A DNA stretch of 63,964 nt, the filler included, from Octopus bimaculoides (taxonomy: Eukaryota), in assembly GCF_001194135.2 (NCBI RefSeq). It is 9 parts of 9 records of this genome, joined end to end, with 100 filler letters (N's around TTAATTAATTAA, not from the genome) between each part and the next. Parts side by side here need not be neighbours in the genome. Positions count along the whole stretch, not along the records: positions 24,849 to 44,962 come from NC_068985.1; positions 45,063 to 54,876 come from NW_026402599.1; positions 54,977 to 58,645 come from NC_068999.1; 6 more parts are not named here. One strand, given 5' to 3'. Below the pieces are notes generated by a model, which saw only the letters and a program-made list of their open reading frames with translations, was not told where the DNA came from and searched no databases. Both the position numbers and the translations under genes were made by a program. Each line of letters starts with the position of its first letter. Positions within the stretch are counted from its first letter, which is position 1. Of this stretch, positions 43,600 through 55,058 are shown in pieces.

Positions 43600-44034
43600 T
43601 GCATATATATACATGCACAACAACAAAATCACAAAAATTGTCCCAGGGATAAATGGCTTTTCAGATTTCTACAACACAAGAACAACCACACAATAATAAT
43701 AATAATAATAAAACTGTAATGATAACAACAACAACAATTTCTTTTAAGATAATGATTTATTTCAATTTTTTCAAATTTTTGTAAATGTCTTTTTTAACAA
43801 GAACAGCAGCTACTTATGAAAATGTTTATGAACAAGAACGCAGGCAAAATTATGTAAAACAAAAAAATAATAATGAAATAAACATAAGAAAAATTGTTTT
43901 TATTGTTTAAAAATCATTTTTGGTTGATTTTTCTCTAATTATGTATGGACACATTGAAATTATAAAATGTTCTTGTATTTATAGATAATAAAGATTATAC
44001 ACACACACTAACAAACACATACACATGCATTCGT

Positions 44035-44073
<39 letters not shown>

Positions 44074-44399
44074 AGACAAAATGTGTGTATAAGACAAAAT
44101 AAATCAGACAAAATGCCATAGATTGGTGGCAAGCACCTGGTAAGTTCCATATGTGACACTGGTTCAATTCCCAGTTGGTCCTTTTCACTGCATTTCTGTT
44201 ACACATTTATCAAATGAAAAATCTGGTGATCCCATGCAGCAGACATCCTCAACTACTGTCATTTGGTACTGGACCACAGAGAAAGAATGAATTTTAAAAT
44301 TTTATTACTATTTCATTAATTATCACAGTCAGCAGGCTGTTTTTGTATTATATATATGATATATGTAATAATGCATACATATATGTGTGTGTGTATAAG

Positions 44400-44962
44400 T
44401 AATGTGTATATATATATATAAGAACTCTTCCCCTTTTGTATGCAAACACCCTAATCTACACATTATAAACAAAAAACATGAACAAAATAAATATTTCTCT
44501 GATCAGACCTTTAGACGTAGGAACACCAGATCATTTTCAAAACCTCAACAAAGATTACCTACAAAAAACGGGGAAAAAAACCGGCCTAGAACCAGAAACA
44601 ATACCAGACCATCCTCTCAGATCACTAAAACCAATACTTACAAATTGAAAAAGAAGATATTTAATTCTGAAAATAGGAAGGCAAACATAACGACACCAGG
44701 TAAAATAACACAACGAAAACACAAACTTCAAATCAACACCAACAAAAATAGTAACCATAAACAGAAAAAAATTCATTTTTCAATGTCAAGACAACAAACA
44801 CTGGAGAAAGAAACAGTCCAAGAAGTAACATACCCAAAACAATTGGACACATAGACCCTAAGATAATTAATCTTTCCAGAAGAGATCTTGACAATGATGA
44901 AACCCAACTTCTGTTAAAAGGCCTGAAATTTACACCTACACCAACAGTCAACCACCATGAAC
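44400..44962 (+). mobile_element. Penelope-like element ORF N-terminal fragment, truncated by a gap
   Basis: IDPKIINLSRRDLDNDETQLLLKGLKFTPTP matches the PLE pre-RT motif NLSxxxLtxxExxLLxKGLxFxPTP. Confidence 0.7.
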
Positions 44963-45061
44963 NNNNNNNNNNNNNNNNNNNNNNNNNNNNNNNNNNNNNN
45001 NNNNNNTTAATTAATTAANNNNNNNNNNNNNNNNNNNNNNNNNNNNNNNNNNNNNNNNNNN

Positions 45062-45524
45062 NCTGTCATTTTCTGCTTTTAGCTTACTCACTCACCTTCA
45101 CTCTCACTCACTCACTCTCTCACTCACTCTCTCTCACTCACTCTCTCTCTCATTCACTGACTCACTCTCTCACTCACTCACTCTCACTCACTCTCACTCA
45201 CTCACTCACTCACTCACTCACTCACTCACTCACTCACTCTCTCTCTCTCACTCTTTCACTCACTCACTCACTCTTTCACTCACTCACTCACTCACTCACT
45301 CACTTACTCTCTCACTCTTTCCCTGTCTCTCTCTGCTTCAGTCTCACTTTGTATCTCTCTCTGTCTCTCTCTCTCTCTCTCTCTTATTGAGGTGAGTGAC
45401 AAGGTTTATGTCAAATGTCTTCGATTAATGAACTGTAAATTGTCTCTTATCACCTTTCTATCTCACTCTTCTTCATTCTCTCTTTCTCTCACTCACTCTC
45501 TTTGCTCTTTTATCAATCTCACAT

Positions 45525-45565
<41 letters not shown>

Positions 45566-45669
45566 NNNNNNNNNNNNNNNNNNNNNNNNNNNNNNNNNNN
45601 NNNNNNNNNNNNNNNNNNNNNNNNNNNNNNNNNNNNNNNNNNNNNNNNNNNNNNNNNNNTCTCACATTG

Positions 45670-45710
<41 letters not shown>

Positions 45711-45913
45711 CTCTCTCTTTGTCTGTTTTTTTCTCAATCTCACATTGTCTCTCTCTCACTCTCTCTTTGTCTGCTTTTTTCTCAATCTCACATTGTCTCT
45801 CTTTCTCTCTCTCTCTCTCTCTGCTTTTTTCTCAATCTCACATTGTCTCTCTCTTTGCTTTTTCCTACTCTCACATTCTCTCTCTCTCTCTCACTCTCTC
45901 TCTCTCTCTCTCT
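45062..45913 (+). repeat. (CACT)n array, then a CT-rich minisatellite with unit ttttttctcaatctcacattgtctctct
   Basis: Visible tandem units, broken by gaps. Confidence 0.8.
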
Positions 45914-46424
45914 NNNNNNNNNNNNNNNNNNNNNNNNNNNNNNNNNNNNNNNNNNNNNNNNNNNNNNNNNNNNNNNNNNNNNNNNNNNNNNNNNNNNNNN
46001 NNNNNNNNNNNNNNNNNNNNNNNNNNNNNNNNNNNNNNNNNNNNNNNNNNNNNNNNNNNNNNNNNNNNNNNNNNNNNNNNNNNNNNNNNNNNNNNNNNNN
46101 NNNNNNNNNNNNNNNNNNNNNNNNNNNNNNNNNNNNNNNNNNNNNNNNNNNNNNNNNNNNNNNNNNNNNNNNNNNNNNNNNNNNNNNNNNNNNNNNNNNN
46201 NNNNNNNNNNNNNNNNNNNNNNNNNNNNNNNNNNNNNNNNNNNNNNNNNNNNNNNNNNNNNNNNNNNNNNNNNNNNNNNNNNNNNNNNNNNNNNNNNNNN
46301 NNNNNNNNNNNNNNNNNNNNNNNNNNNNNNNNNNNNNNNNNNNNNNNNNNNNNNNNNNNNNNNNNTTTTTCTTCTTTTAATTGCTTCAGTCGTTTGCATC
46401 CGACCATCTGACCCAATTGGCGCC

Positions 46425-46735
46425 AGGACTTGTTTTTCGTAAGCATAGTACTTATTTTATCAGTATCTTTTGCCGAACCACAAAGTTACGAGGACGGAAG
46501 CACACCAACTTCGATCGTCAAGCGATGGTGGGGAGACAAACACAGACACACACAAACACACACACTCACACGCACACACACACACATATATATATACACG
46601 ATGGGCTTCTTTCAGTTTCTGTCTACCAAATCCACTCACAAGGCTTTGGTCGGCCCGAAGCTATAGTAGAAGACACTTGGCCAAGTTGCCACGCAGTGGA
46701 ACTGAACCCGGAACCATGTCGTTGGGAAGGAAGCT
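46425..46735 (-). mobile_element. SINE family B copy; other partial copies at about 9955(+), 10765(-), 26815(+), 32165(-), 33580(+), 54612(-)
   Basis: Reverse complement of the family-B sequence, including the internal CA/TA microsatellite. Confidence 0.8.
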
Positions 46736-47267
46736 TGAGGAGACGATAAGTGTTTTTGTCGATAGTTTTCAATTAATAAATTCCAATGTGTTTCTCTTTT
46801 GCTCCCCCCTCTCACTCTTTCTATCTATATCTGTATATTTCTGCACCTGCGTGTGTGTGTGTGTGTGTGCGTATGCTCCCTGCAGTGCCAAAACCAACCG
46901 TCTCCAAAATGGGTTGAGTATCCTGTCAACAACACCAAATCGTCCTAATCCGCTATTTTAAGCTGTCGAAATCGCATCATGAGAAATGCTTGGAAGGACA
47001 GAATCTTTTTTACCAAAATTGTCGAGCATGCGCGATCCGTCTGCGCCGAATCAATGACCTCCAAGTGCAATTCCTCAGAACCCAAAATGTAGTTCGTACG
47101 GAGATATCGTATCTATGAATAATTGTGTTTAGAGCGGGGGTCCGCGTTTAATTAGCCCTTCACTCACCAAAACGTTGGAAGACTAATTGAGGTAATCACG
47201 CACTCCCTGTGCAGTTCTTTATAGGGTCTTTTTATGTAACATACAGACATACATACAGTTTTTTTGG

Positions 47268-47513
47268 CGCCCTTTTAAAGCCTAGCCAGGGTCATGGGCC
47301 CGGTTCCCCGGTTTCAATGGCCTATGTGTTCCCCACCTGGACGGGACGCCAGTCCATCGCAGCGTGACTCATTTTGCCAGCAGAGTGGAACTGGAGCAAC
47401 GTGAAATGAAGTGTTTTGCTCAAGAACACAACGCGTCGCCCAGTCCAGGAATCGAAACCACAATCTTGCGATCATGATGCTGACACCCTAACCACTAAGC
47501 CACGCGCCTCCAC
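47268..47513 (-). mobile_element. CORE-like SINE with intact A box (TGGCTTAGTGG) and B box (GTTTCGATTCC)
   Basis: Reverse complement reads gtggaggcgcgtggcttagtggttagggtg...tttcgattcctgg...ttcttgagcaaaacacttcatttcacgttgctccag. Confidence 0.75.
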
Positions 47514-47526
47514 ATACATACATACA

Positions 47527-47558
<32 letters not shown>

Positions 47559-49415
47559 CTCGGATCGAGTTGGATGGCAAACAAAGGCGTGGAGTGGAGT
47601 GAAAGCGTTTGAAGNNNNNNNNNNNNNNNNNNNNNNNNNNNNNNNNNNNNNNNNNNNNNNNNNNNNNNNNNNNNNNNNNNNNNNNNNNNNNNNNNNNNNN
47701 NNNNNNNNNNNNNNNNNNNNNNNNNNNNNNNNNNNNNNNNNNNNNNNNNNNNNNNNNNNNNNNNNNNNNNNNNNNNNNNNNNNNNNNNNNNNNNNNNNNN
47801 NNNNNNNNNNNNNNNNNNNNNNNNNNNNNNNNNNNNNNNNNNNNNNNNNNNNNNNNNNNNNNNNNNNNNNNNNNNNNNNNNNNNNNNNNNNNNNNNNNNN
47901 NNNNNNNNNNNNNNNNNNNNNNNNNNNNNNNNNNNNNNNNNNNNNNNNNNNNNNNNNNNNNNNNNNNNNNNNNNNNNNNNNNNNNNNNNNNNNNNNNNNN
48001 NNNNNNNNNNNNNNNNNNNNNNNNNNNNNNNNNNNNNNNNNNNNNNNNNNNNNNNNNNNNNNNNNNNNNNNNNNNNNNNNNNNNNNNNNNNNNNNNNNNN
48101 NNNNNNNNNNNNNNNNNNNNNNNNNNNNNNNNNNNNNNNNNNNNNNNNNNNNNNNNNNNNNNNNNNNNNNNNNNNNNNNNNNNNNNNNNNNNNNNNNNNN
48201 NNNTATATATATATATATATATATATATATTAGTCAAAAGGGGAAAGTGGTAGAAAACTTCTGAATCTTTCCGGAGGTTTGGCCAGGAACCGAATTCTGC
48301 TGCTACACGAAAGACCTTCCAGGAGCGACCTTCTCCAGCCAGGGTTTCACCAAAGATGTGGAGATAAATTCCGGCGTACGGACTCAGTGAGGACGCCTGC
48401 TATGGCTCCTCCTGCTATGGCTCCTCTTGCTATGGCTCCTCCTGCTGGTCATGGGTCCGTAGTCTCAGTAGCAGCTGTCCATGTCATGTCAGTATCCACA
48501 GAGCATTGAGCATCAGTCATTATCTCTACATTTTAATACCCCGCATCAACCATCATGATACAGGTAACTCATTTCCAATATTCAGATGGTTTCCTGTCGC
48601 CATGTCAGTTAACTTTTTCTCAACGACAACTTGAATCCTTATGCTCTCCAACGCTGTTCACTGTCCACCATTACATTAAGCTCTTTCTGAAAATAAGAGA
48701 CACATTTATTCGTCAAATTTAGCCGGAACTTCCTGTATGTTTAAGGGTTAAATTGATTCTGTGTTTCAATGGTAAACCCGGGAGAGTAGGGAGACAATCA
48801 GATTAAACTGTAAGCGTATCAGCAGACTGCAACAGGAAACCATTGCTGTATTTTTTCTTTTTACCCCTAGTATAATCATAAATCTATACTTCTGTCATCA
48901 TTGATTAGTTTCCAATTACTTAAAATATCCCGTCGGATCCGTTTGCGCCAGATAGCTTATCAATAATGATATCATTGATTTCAATCGTAACACTGTCTGA
49001 GGAATGTCTCAACAGCATGAAATTTGAAGTAATAGGAGGTTGGTTGACGTCAAGAATAACACATATACACTCGCGCAACAACACACACACGTACAAACAC
49101 ATACACACATGCACACACACGCACAGAGAAGTATGTATGTGTGTACATGTATGTAAGGAGATGTTTATGTGTAAGTGACCGTGTGTGTGTGCGTGTGTGT
49201 GAGAGAGGACGAGTGAGTGTGACTGTATTTGAGGGGAATTGGACATGTGAGAGAAAGAGACAGAGAGAGAAGGTGTGTGGAAGAGAGGGTGAGGGTGTGA
49301 GAGAGAGTGTGTGTTAGAGAGGGAGTGGGCGTGAGAAAGAGACAGAGAGAGAAAGTATATAGGTGTGTGTGAGAGAGAGAAAGAGAGAGAAATTGTGTGA
49401 GAGAGAGGATGAGCG

Positions 49416-49454
<39 letters not shown>

Positions 49455-50268
49455 GTGTGGAAGAGAGGGTGAGGATGTGAGAGTGAGAGAAAGAGAGAGA
49501 GAGAAAGAGAGAGAGAATAAGAGGGAAAGAGAGAAAGACAGTGGGAGAGAAAGAAAAAGAGAGGGAAAGAAAGAGGGAGGAAGAGAAATAGNNNNNNNNN
49601 NNNNNNNNNNNNNNNNNNNNNNNNNNNNNNNNNNNNNNNNNNNNNNNNNNNNNNNNNNNNNNNNNNNNNNNNNNNNNNNNNNNNNNNNNNNNNNNNNNNN
49701 NNNNNNNNNNNNNNNNNNNNNNNNNNNNNNNNNNNNNNNNNNNNNNNNNNNNNNNNNNNNNNNNNNNNNNNNNNNNNNNNNNNNNNNNNNNNNNNNNNNN
49801 NNNNNNNNNNNNNNNNNNNNNNNNNNNNNNNNNNNNNNNNNNNNNNNNNNNNNNNNNNNNNNNNNNNNNNNNNNNNNNNNNNNNNNNNNNNNNNNNNNNN
49901 NNNNNNNNNNNNNNNNNNNNNNNNNNNNNNNNNNNNNNNNNNNNNNNNNNNNNNNNNNNNNNNNNNNNNNNNNNNNNNNNNNNNNNNNNNNNNNNNNNNN
50001 NNNNNNNNNNNNNNNNNNNNNNNNNNNNNNNNNNNNNNNNNGAGAAAGAGAGAGAGAGAAAGAGAGAGAGAATAAGAGGGAAAGAGAGAAAGACAGTGGG
50101 AGAGAAAGAAAAAGAGAGGGAAAGAAAGAGGGAGGAAGAGAAATAGAGAGGATGAGAAAGAGAAAAAGATAGAAACAAAACAAGAGAATGACGAGAATAG
50201 AGAGAGAGAGAGAGAGAAGGGGAGAGAGAAAGAGAGAAAGAAAGAAAGAGATAGAGCGAGGGAGAGAA

Positions 50269-50306
<38 letters not shown>

Positions 50307-50424
50307 AGNNNNNNNNNNNNNNNNNNNNNNNNNNNNNNNNNNNNNNNNNNNNNNNNNNNNNNNNNNNNNNNNNNNNNNNNNNNNNNNNNNNNNNNNNNNN
50401 NNNNNNNNNNNNNNNNNNNNNNNN

Positions 50425-50466
<42 letters not shown>

Positions 50467-50561
50467 GTGAGTGTTACTGATTATGGAAATATTTCAAACG
50501 AATTTTTATCACAAAATCTTCTTCATCAAAGTAACACGTTATAGAGAGTGTACAGGCTGGG

Positions 50562-50592
<31 letters not shown>

Positions 50593-50694
50593 CCGTCTGT
50601 CCGTCTGTCTGTTTGAGCGTATGCGTGTATGTGTATAAGCATGTATGTGTGTGTATCTGTGTGTATATATGTATATGCAAATATGTACACACGC

Positions 50695-50734
<40 letters not shown>

Positions 50735-51629
50735 GTGTATATGATATATACAAACATATGCATATACAGACATATACATGTATTTACATACATACATATA
50801 TATATATATGTATATATATATATGTATGTATATGTATATATATGTATATATATATGTATGTATACATACATAAATATATACATATATATANNNNNNNNNN
50901 NNNNNNNNNNNNNNNNNNNNNNNNNNNNNNNNNNNNNNNNNNNNNNNNNNNNNNNNNNNNNNNNNNNNNNNNNNNNNNNNNNNNNNNNNNNNNNNNNNNN
51001 NNNNNNNNNNNNNNNNNNNNNNNNNNNNNNNNNNNNNNNNNNNNNNNNNNNNNNNNNNNNNNNNNNNNNNNNNNNNNNNNNNNNNNNNNNNNNNNNNNNN
51101 NNNNNNNNNNNNNNNNNNNNNNNNNNNNNNNNNNNNNNNNNNNNNNNNNNNNNNNNNNNNNNNNNNNNNNNNNNNNNNNNNNNNNNNNNNNNNNNNNNNN
51201 NNNNNNNNNNNNNNNNNNNNNNNNNNNNNNNNNNNNNNNNNNNNNNNNNNNNNNNNNNNNNNNNNNNNNNNNNNNNNNNNNNNNNNNNNNNNNNNNNNNN
51301 NNNNNNNNNNNNNNNNNNNNNNNNNNNNNNNNNNNNNNNAGAGAGAGAGAGAGAAAACTTACGAACCGAAACATTATTAATACGAAAACACAAAAACAAG
51401 ATTAGTTACAACCAAGCCAGAGTCTGGTTTGTTAATAAACAGACATTTCCCGTGTGTTAATAGTGAAATAGAAACGCAGGGGTCAACAATTTAACAGAGC
51501 TATGACTATATATGGCCCCCGTCTGTCATTAGCCTTTTTACTGCGGAAATCAGATCTATCCACACAGAACTGCATTATCCTTTCCTGCGGAAAACGGTTT
51601 CGTATTGCAATCTATCTTTTGTTGAGGAA

Positions 51630-51990
51630 TGTCATGGGAGGTGACTGTTGACCTGACGTTGATGGTAATTATCGCTTGCCGTATTTTTTTTTACGGCTAA
51701 AAGACCCGACACTGTTATATGAAATTATTAAGGAAAGATGTTAATTAAATGTAGCAGAGTTGACACTACCTTGGGAAGCGAACATCAAAAGAGGCTTCCC
51801 CCCAGGAAAAACAGAAAATACAGTGTTTGGTTGAACTCTATGAGAACAATGGATGATGGGACGCTTTACTGTAGAGATAGGTGTTCGAGGATATGTTGGA
51901 ACCAGGATTTATTCTATGGTCAAGTGTATTGGATTAAGTACAAAGAATACAGACAAAAGATGCTACCGGAATATTATTGGAGGTCGATGG
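51630..51990 (+). mobile_element. HERO/NeSL-like RLE LINE C-terminal relic
   Basis: Broken frames give WEVTVDL, TAKRPDTVI, AELTLPWEANIK and FTVEIGVRGYVG, matching the remembered WxxxVDL...LRPDIV...ELTVPWEEN...PVEVGCRGF pattern. Confidence 0.6.
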
Positions 51991-53336
51991 AGAAGCAAGC
52001 CTATACATCTGGCTACATTGAGAAGACGAGCGGTGCAGCAAGGTCGAACATTGAAGATGGTAGAAACATTAGGCCAAGAGTCAACATACCTGACTTGTGC
52101 AGAAGTTTTGTCACTTTCATCGGTGGATAGATCTGGGAAGTACTGGTGTTTGTTGTGGAACTGACCGAAACACCTACAAATTTGCTTCACCGCCTGGTGA
52201 GATGTCGTATGCTGATTTGGGTACGGAGTACAATAGTAGCTCCAACACATAATGGCTTACTGTAAATGTCTAAATAAAAGATGGGATGGCCACAAATGTA
52301 ACGTATTTGATTATAGGCTTATTGGCCAAGATTAACGTGGAGTTGGACACCGACAATCATAGCCATTGATTAGATAATGCTTTAGCTAATGTAGTATGAG
52401 AAACCGCGAGAAAGCAAGCCATTGTATTTGGCGCAAGAGAGAAGAGTTATGCAGCAAGAACAAGCACTGGAGATGGTAGGAACATGTGGCCCAGAGTCAC
52501 AACATCTGACTCAACAAAGCTCATGCTGTTATGCGTGAGGGTTGTCGCCCAGATCGGTGGGCCGAAACACTAACAGAGGTGATTGAACATCTCTGCAGTT
52601 GTTTATCGACTCCTGTATTCGCAAACGACATCAGCAACACCTCAGGAAATAAGTGTTTATCCTAAAAATTAAGTTTATTGAAGAAAGGTACCTTGCAGAA
52701 AATAATTATTCTATTTCTTTTTTTAGATATTTAACACGATTACTGGAAAATTAGTTTTACATTTAAACAAGATTCGCGAGATTAATGATGGAAAAACGAG
52801 GCTTTGTCACTCGAAAACGAGATTAACCACTTTACTGTGAAAAGCAGACATTTCCACTCGAAATATGATTAGCTTTAACTGCAGAAAGCAGTTTTATGTA
52901 TTAATCTATATTTTATGGAGGAATTTCATATTTCAGTTTAATTTCTTTGGAAATATGGCAGATTTATTGAAGTAACGTGACTTGCAGAAAATACCAATTC
53001 TATGTTTTTGTTGAATGTTTTACGCCATTACTGAAAGAACCAGGAAATTTATTTTCGCATCTAAAGAGTTAATAGCTATTGGTGAAGGTCTTACTTGTCT
53101 GCTCTACTGGAACAGCGTTGTCGAGCCCGGTGATGTCTTTCTTGTGTGTTATCCAGTTCAGCCAATCCCCCGTTAAAAATTGTTCGATAGAATCCAAGCC
53201 TGGACAATAGGCTATGCAGGACGAGTTGTGTGTGGCCCTTGCATTGTGTCTCTCTGTCCACGTCACTGATGGATCGGAAGGAACAGTATGGCTGTCACGA
53301 CGTGGCACCAAATTACCAGAATAAAGCTGTCGACTG

Positions 53337-53868
53337 GTACAGGAGTGGCTGTGTGTTAAGTAGCTTGCTTACCAACCACATGGTTCCGGGTTCAGTCCCA
53401 CTNNNNNNNNNNCACCAAATTACCAGAATAAAGCTGTCGACTGGTACAGGAGTGGCTGTGTGTTAAGTAGCTTGCTTACCAACCACATGGTTCCGGGTTC
53501 AGTCCCACTGCGTGGCATCTTGGGCAAGTGTCTTCTACTATAGCCTCGGGCCGACCAAAGGCTTGTGAGTGGATTTGGTGGACGGAAACTGAAAGAAGCC
53601 CGTTGCATATATGTATGTATATATATATGTGTGTGTGTGCATGTGTTTGTGTGTCTGTGTTTGTGCCCCCACCCCACCCCAACATTGCTTGACAAGTGAT
53701 GCTGGTGTGTTTACGTCCCCTAAATTAGCGGTTCAGCAAAAGCGAGTGATAAAATAAGTAATAGGCTTACAAAGAATAAGTCCTGGGGTCGATTTGCTCG
53801 ACTAAAAGGCGGTACTCCAGTATGGCCACAGTCAAGTGACTGAAACAAGTAAAAGAGTAAAGAGTAAG
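53337..53868 (+). mobile_element. SINE family B full-length copy (5' part duplicated across a 10-N gap)
   Basis: Collinear with 39284-39676; ends taaaagagtaaagagt. Confidence 0.85.
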
Positions 53869-54527
53869 TGTTGCTAGTAACACGATAGATTTTCTTGGTC
53901 AACAGTTTACGCCAGCTATGAGTGTGCCGTAATAATGTTTATTGGTGCAGGCGCCACGAGCCTGGTGGCATTCATCGAGACGATGGGTTGACTGTGAGAA
54001 TAACATACTGGCACACACAGACAAACACAAGCGCTGGCACGATGCCTGACCCAAAGCAATCCGCCCGGAGAGGAGAGCGACGTCTCGGCGGTGTGGCAGG
54101 AAGACGACCATTGTCGGACGGAAGGATACGTTGAAGCAGATATTGCAGCGACGACTAGCATCATTTTAATTTTATTTCCCCTTCTGTTCATATTACTCTC
54201 TATCCTTCATAAACACAATATCTACAAACTTCTCTCTCGTTCCTTTATAAATAAACTTTCTTTTCCGTTATTGATATTTCTACCTTATTTACGATAACCT
54301 ACTGACTCTCCCCCCCTCTCTCTCTCTCTCTCTCTCTCGCTCTCCCTCTCTCTCCCTCTCTCTCTCTCTCCATCTCTCTCTTACCATACATTATCTTCGC
54401 ATTCATCATTATTACCTACTCATCGTTTCTTCCTTAATATCTTGCTAAAATTTCCTCTTCTCCCTTATATAATATATTATGTGAATTATTGTCTTCCATA
54501 CATTACAATTTTGCGGGTGTATTTGTA

Positions 54528-54605
54528 TACAGTAATGCCTCGACTATCGCGGATGTTACGTTCAAAAACCACCCGCGATAAGTGGAAATCCGCGAAGTAA
54601 AAATA
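54528..54605 (+). mobile_element. Tigger/pogo-like transposon terminus, interrupted by a SINE
   Basis: TA-CAGTAATGCCTCGACTATCGCGGATGTTACGTTC...CCGCGATAAGTGGAAATCCGCG is a typical pogo/Tigger left end; partner TIR not found. Confidence 0.5.
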
Positions 54606-54806
54606 GTGCTGTGTTCTTCTATTTCCTTAATTCGTTTCAGTTATTTGACTGCGGCCATGCTGGGGCACCACCTTTTAGTCCAACAAATCGACCCAGTACT
54701 TATTCTATTGGTCATTTTTGCCGAGCTGCTAAGTTACGGGGACGCAAACGTACCAACATCGGTTGTCAAGAGATGGTAGGGGACAAAGACTCACACACAT
54801 TTATAC

Positions 54807-54848
<42 letters not shown>

Positions 54849-54976
54849 GTGTGCGTGTGTGTATGTGTGTGTTTATNNNNNNNNNNNNNNNNNNNNNNNN
54901 NNNNNNNNNNNNNNNNNNNNTTAATTAATTAANNNNNNNNNNNNNNNNNNNNNNNNNNNNNNNNNNNNNNNNNNNN

Positions 54977-55058
<82 letters not shown>

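Noticed and set aside
48385-48453. Minus-strand micro-ORF MTSRRSHSKRSHSRRSHSRRPH* (protamine/RS-like)
   Set aside because: Only 22 codons and a by-product of the 15-bp repeat; no independent support.
49480-50151. Identical GA-rich block on both sides of a 450-N gap
   Set aside because: Probably an assembly overlap or collapsed repeat; cannot be evaluated.
53306-53509. Exact 97-bp tandem duplication
   Set aside because: The copies sit either side of a 10-N gap; typical unmerged contig overlap.
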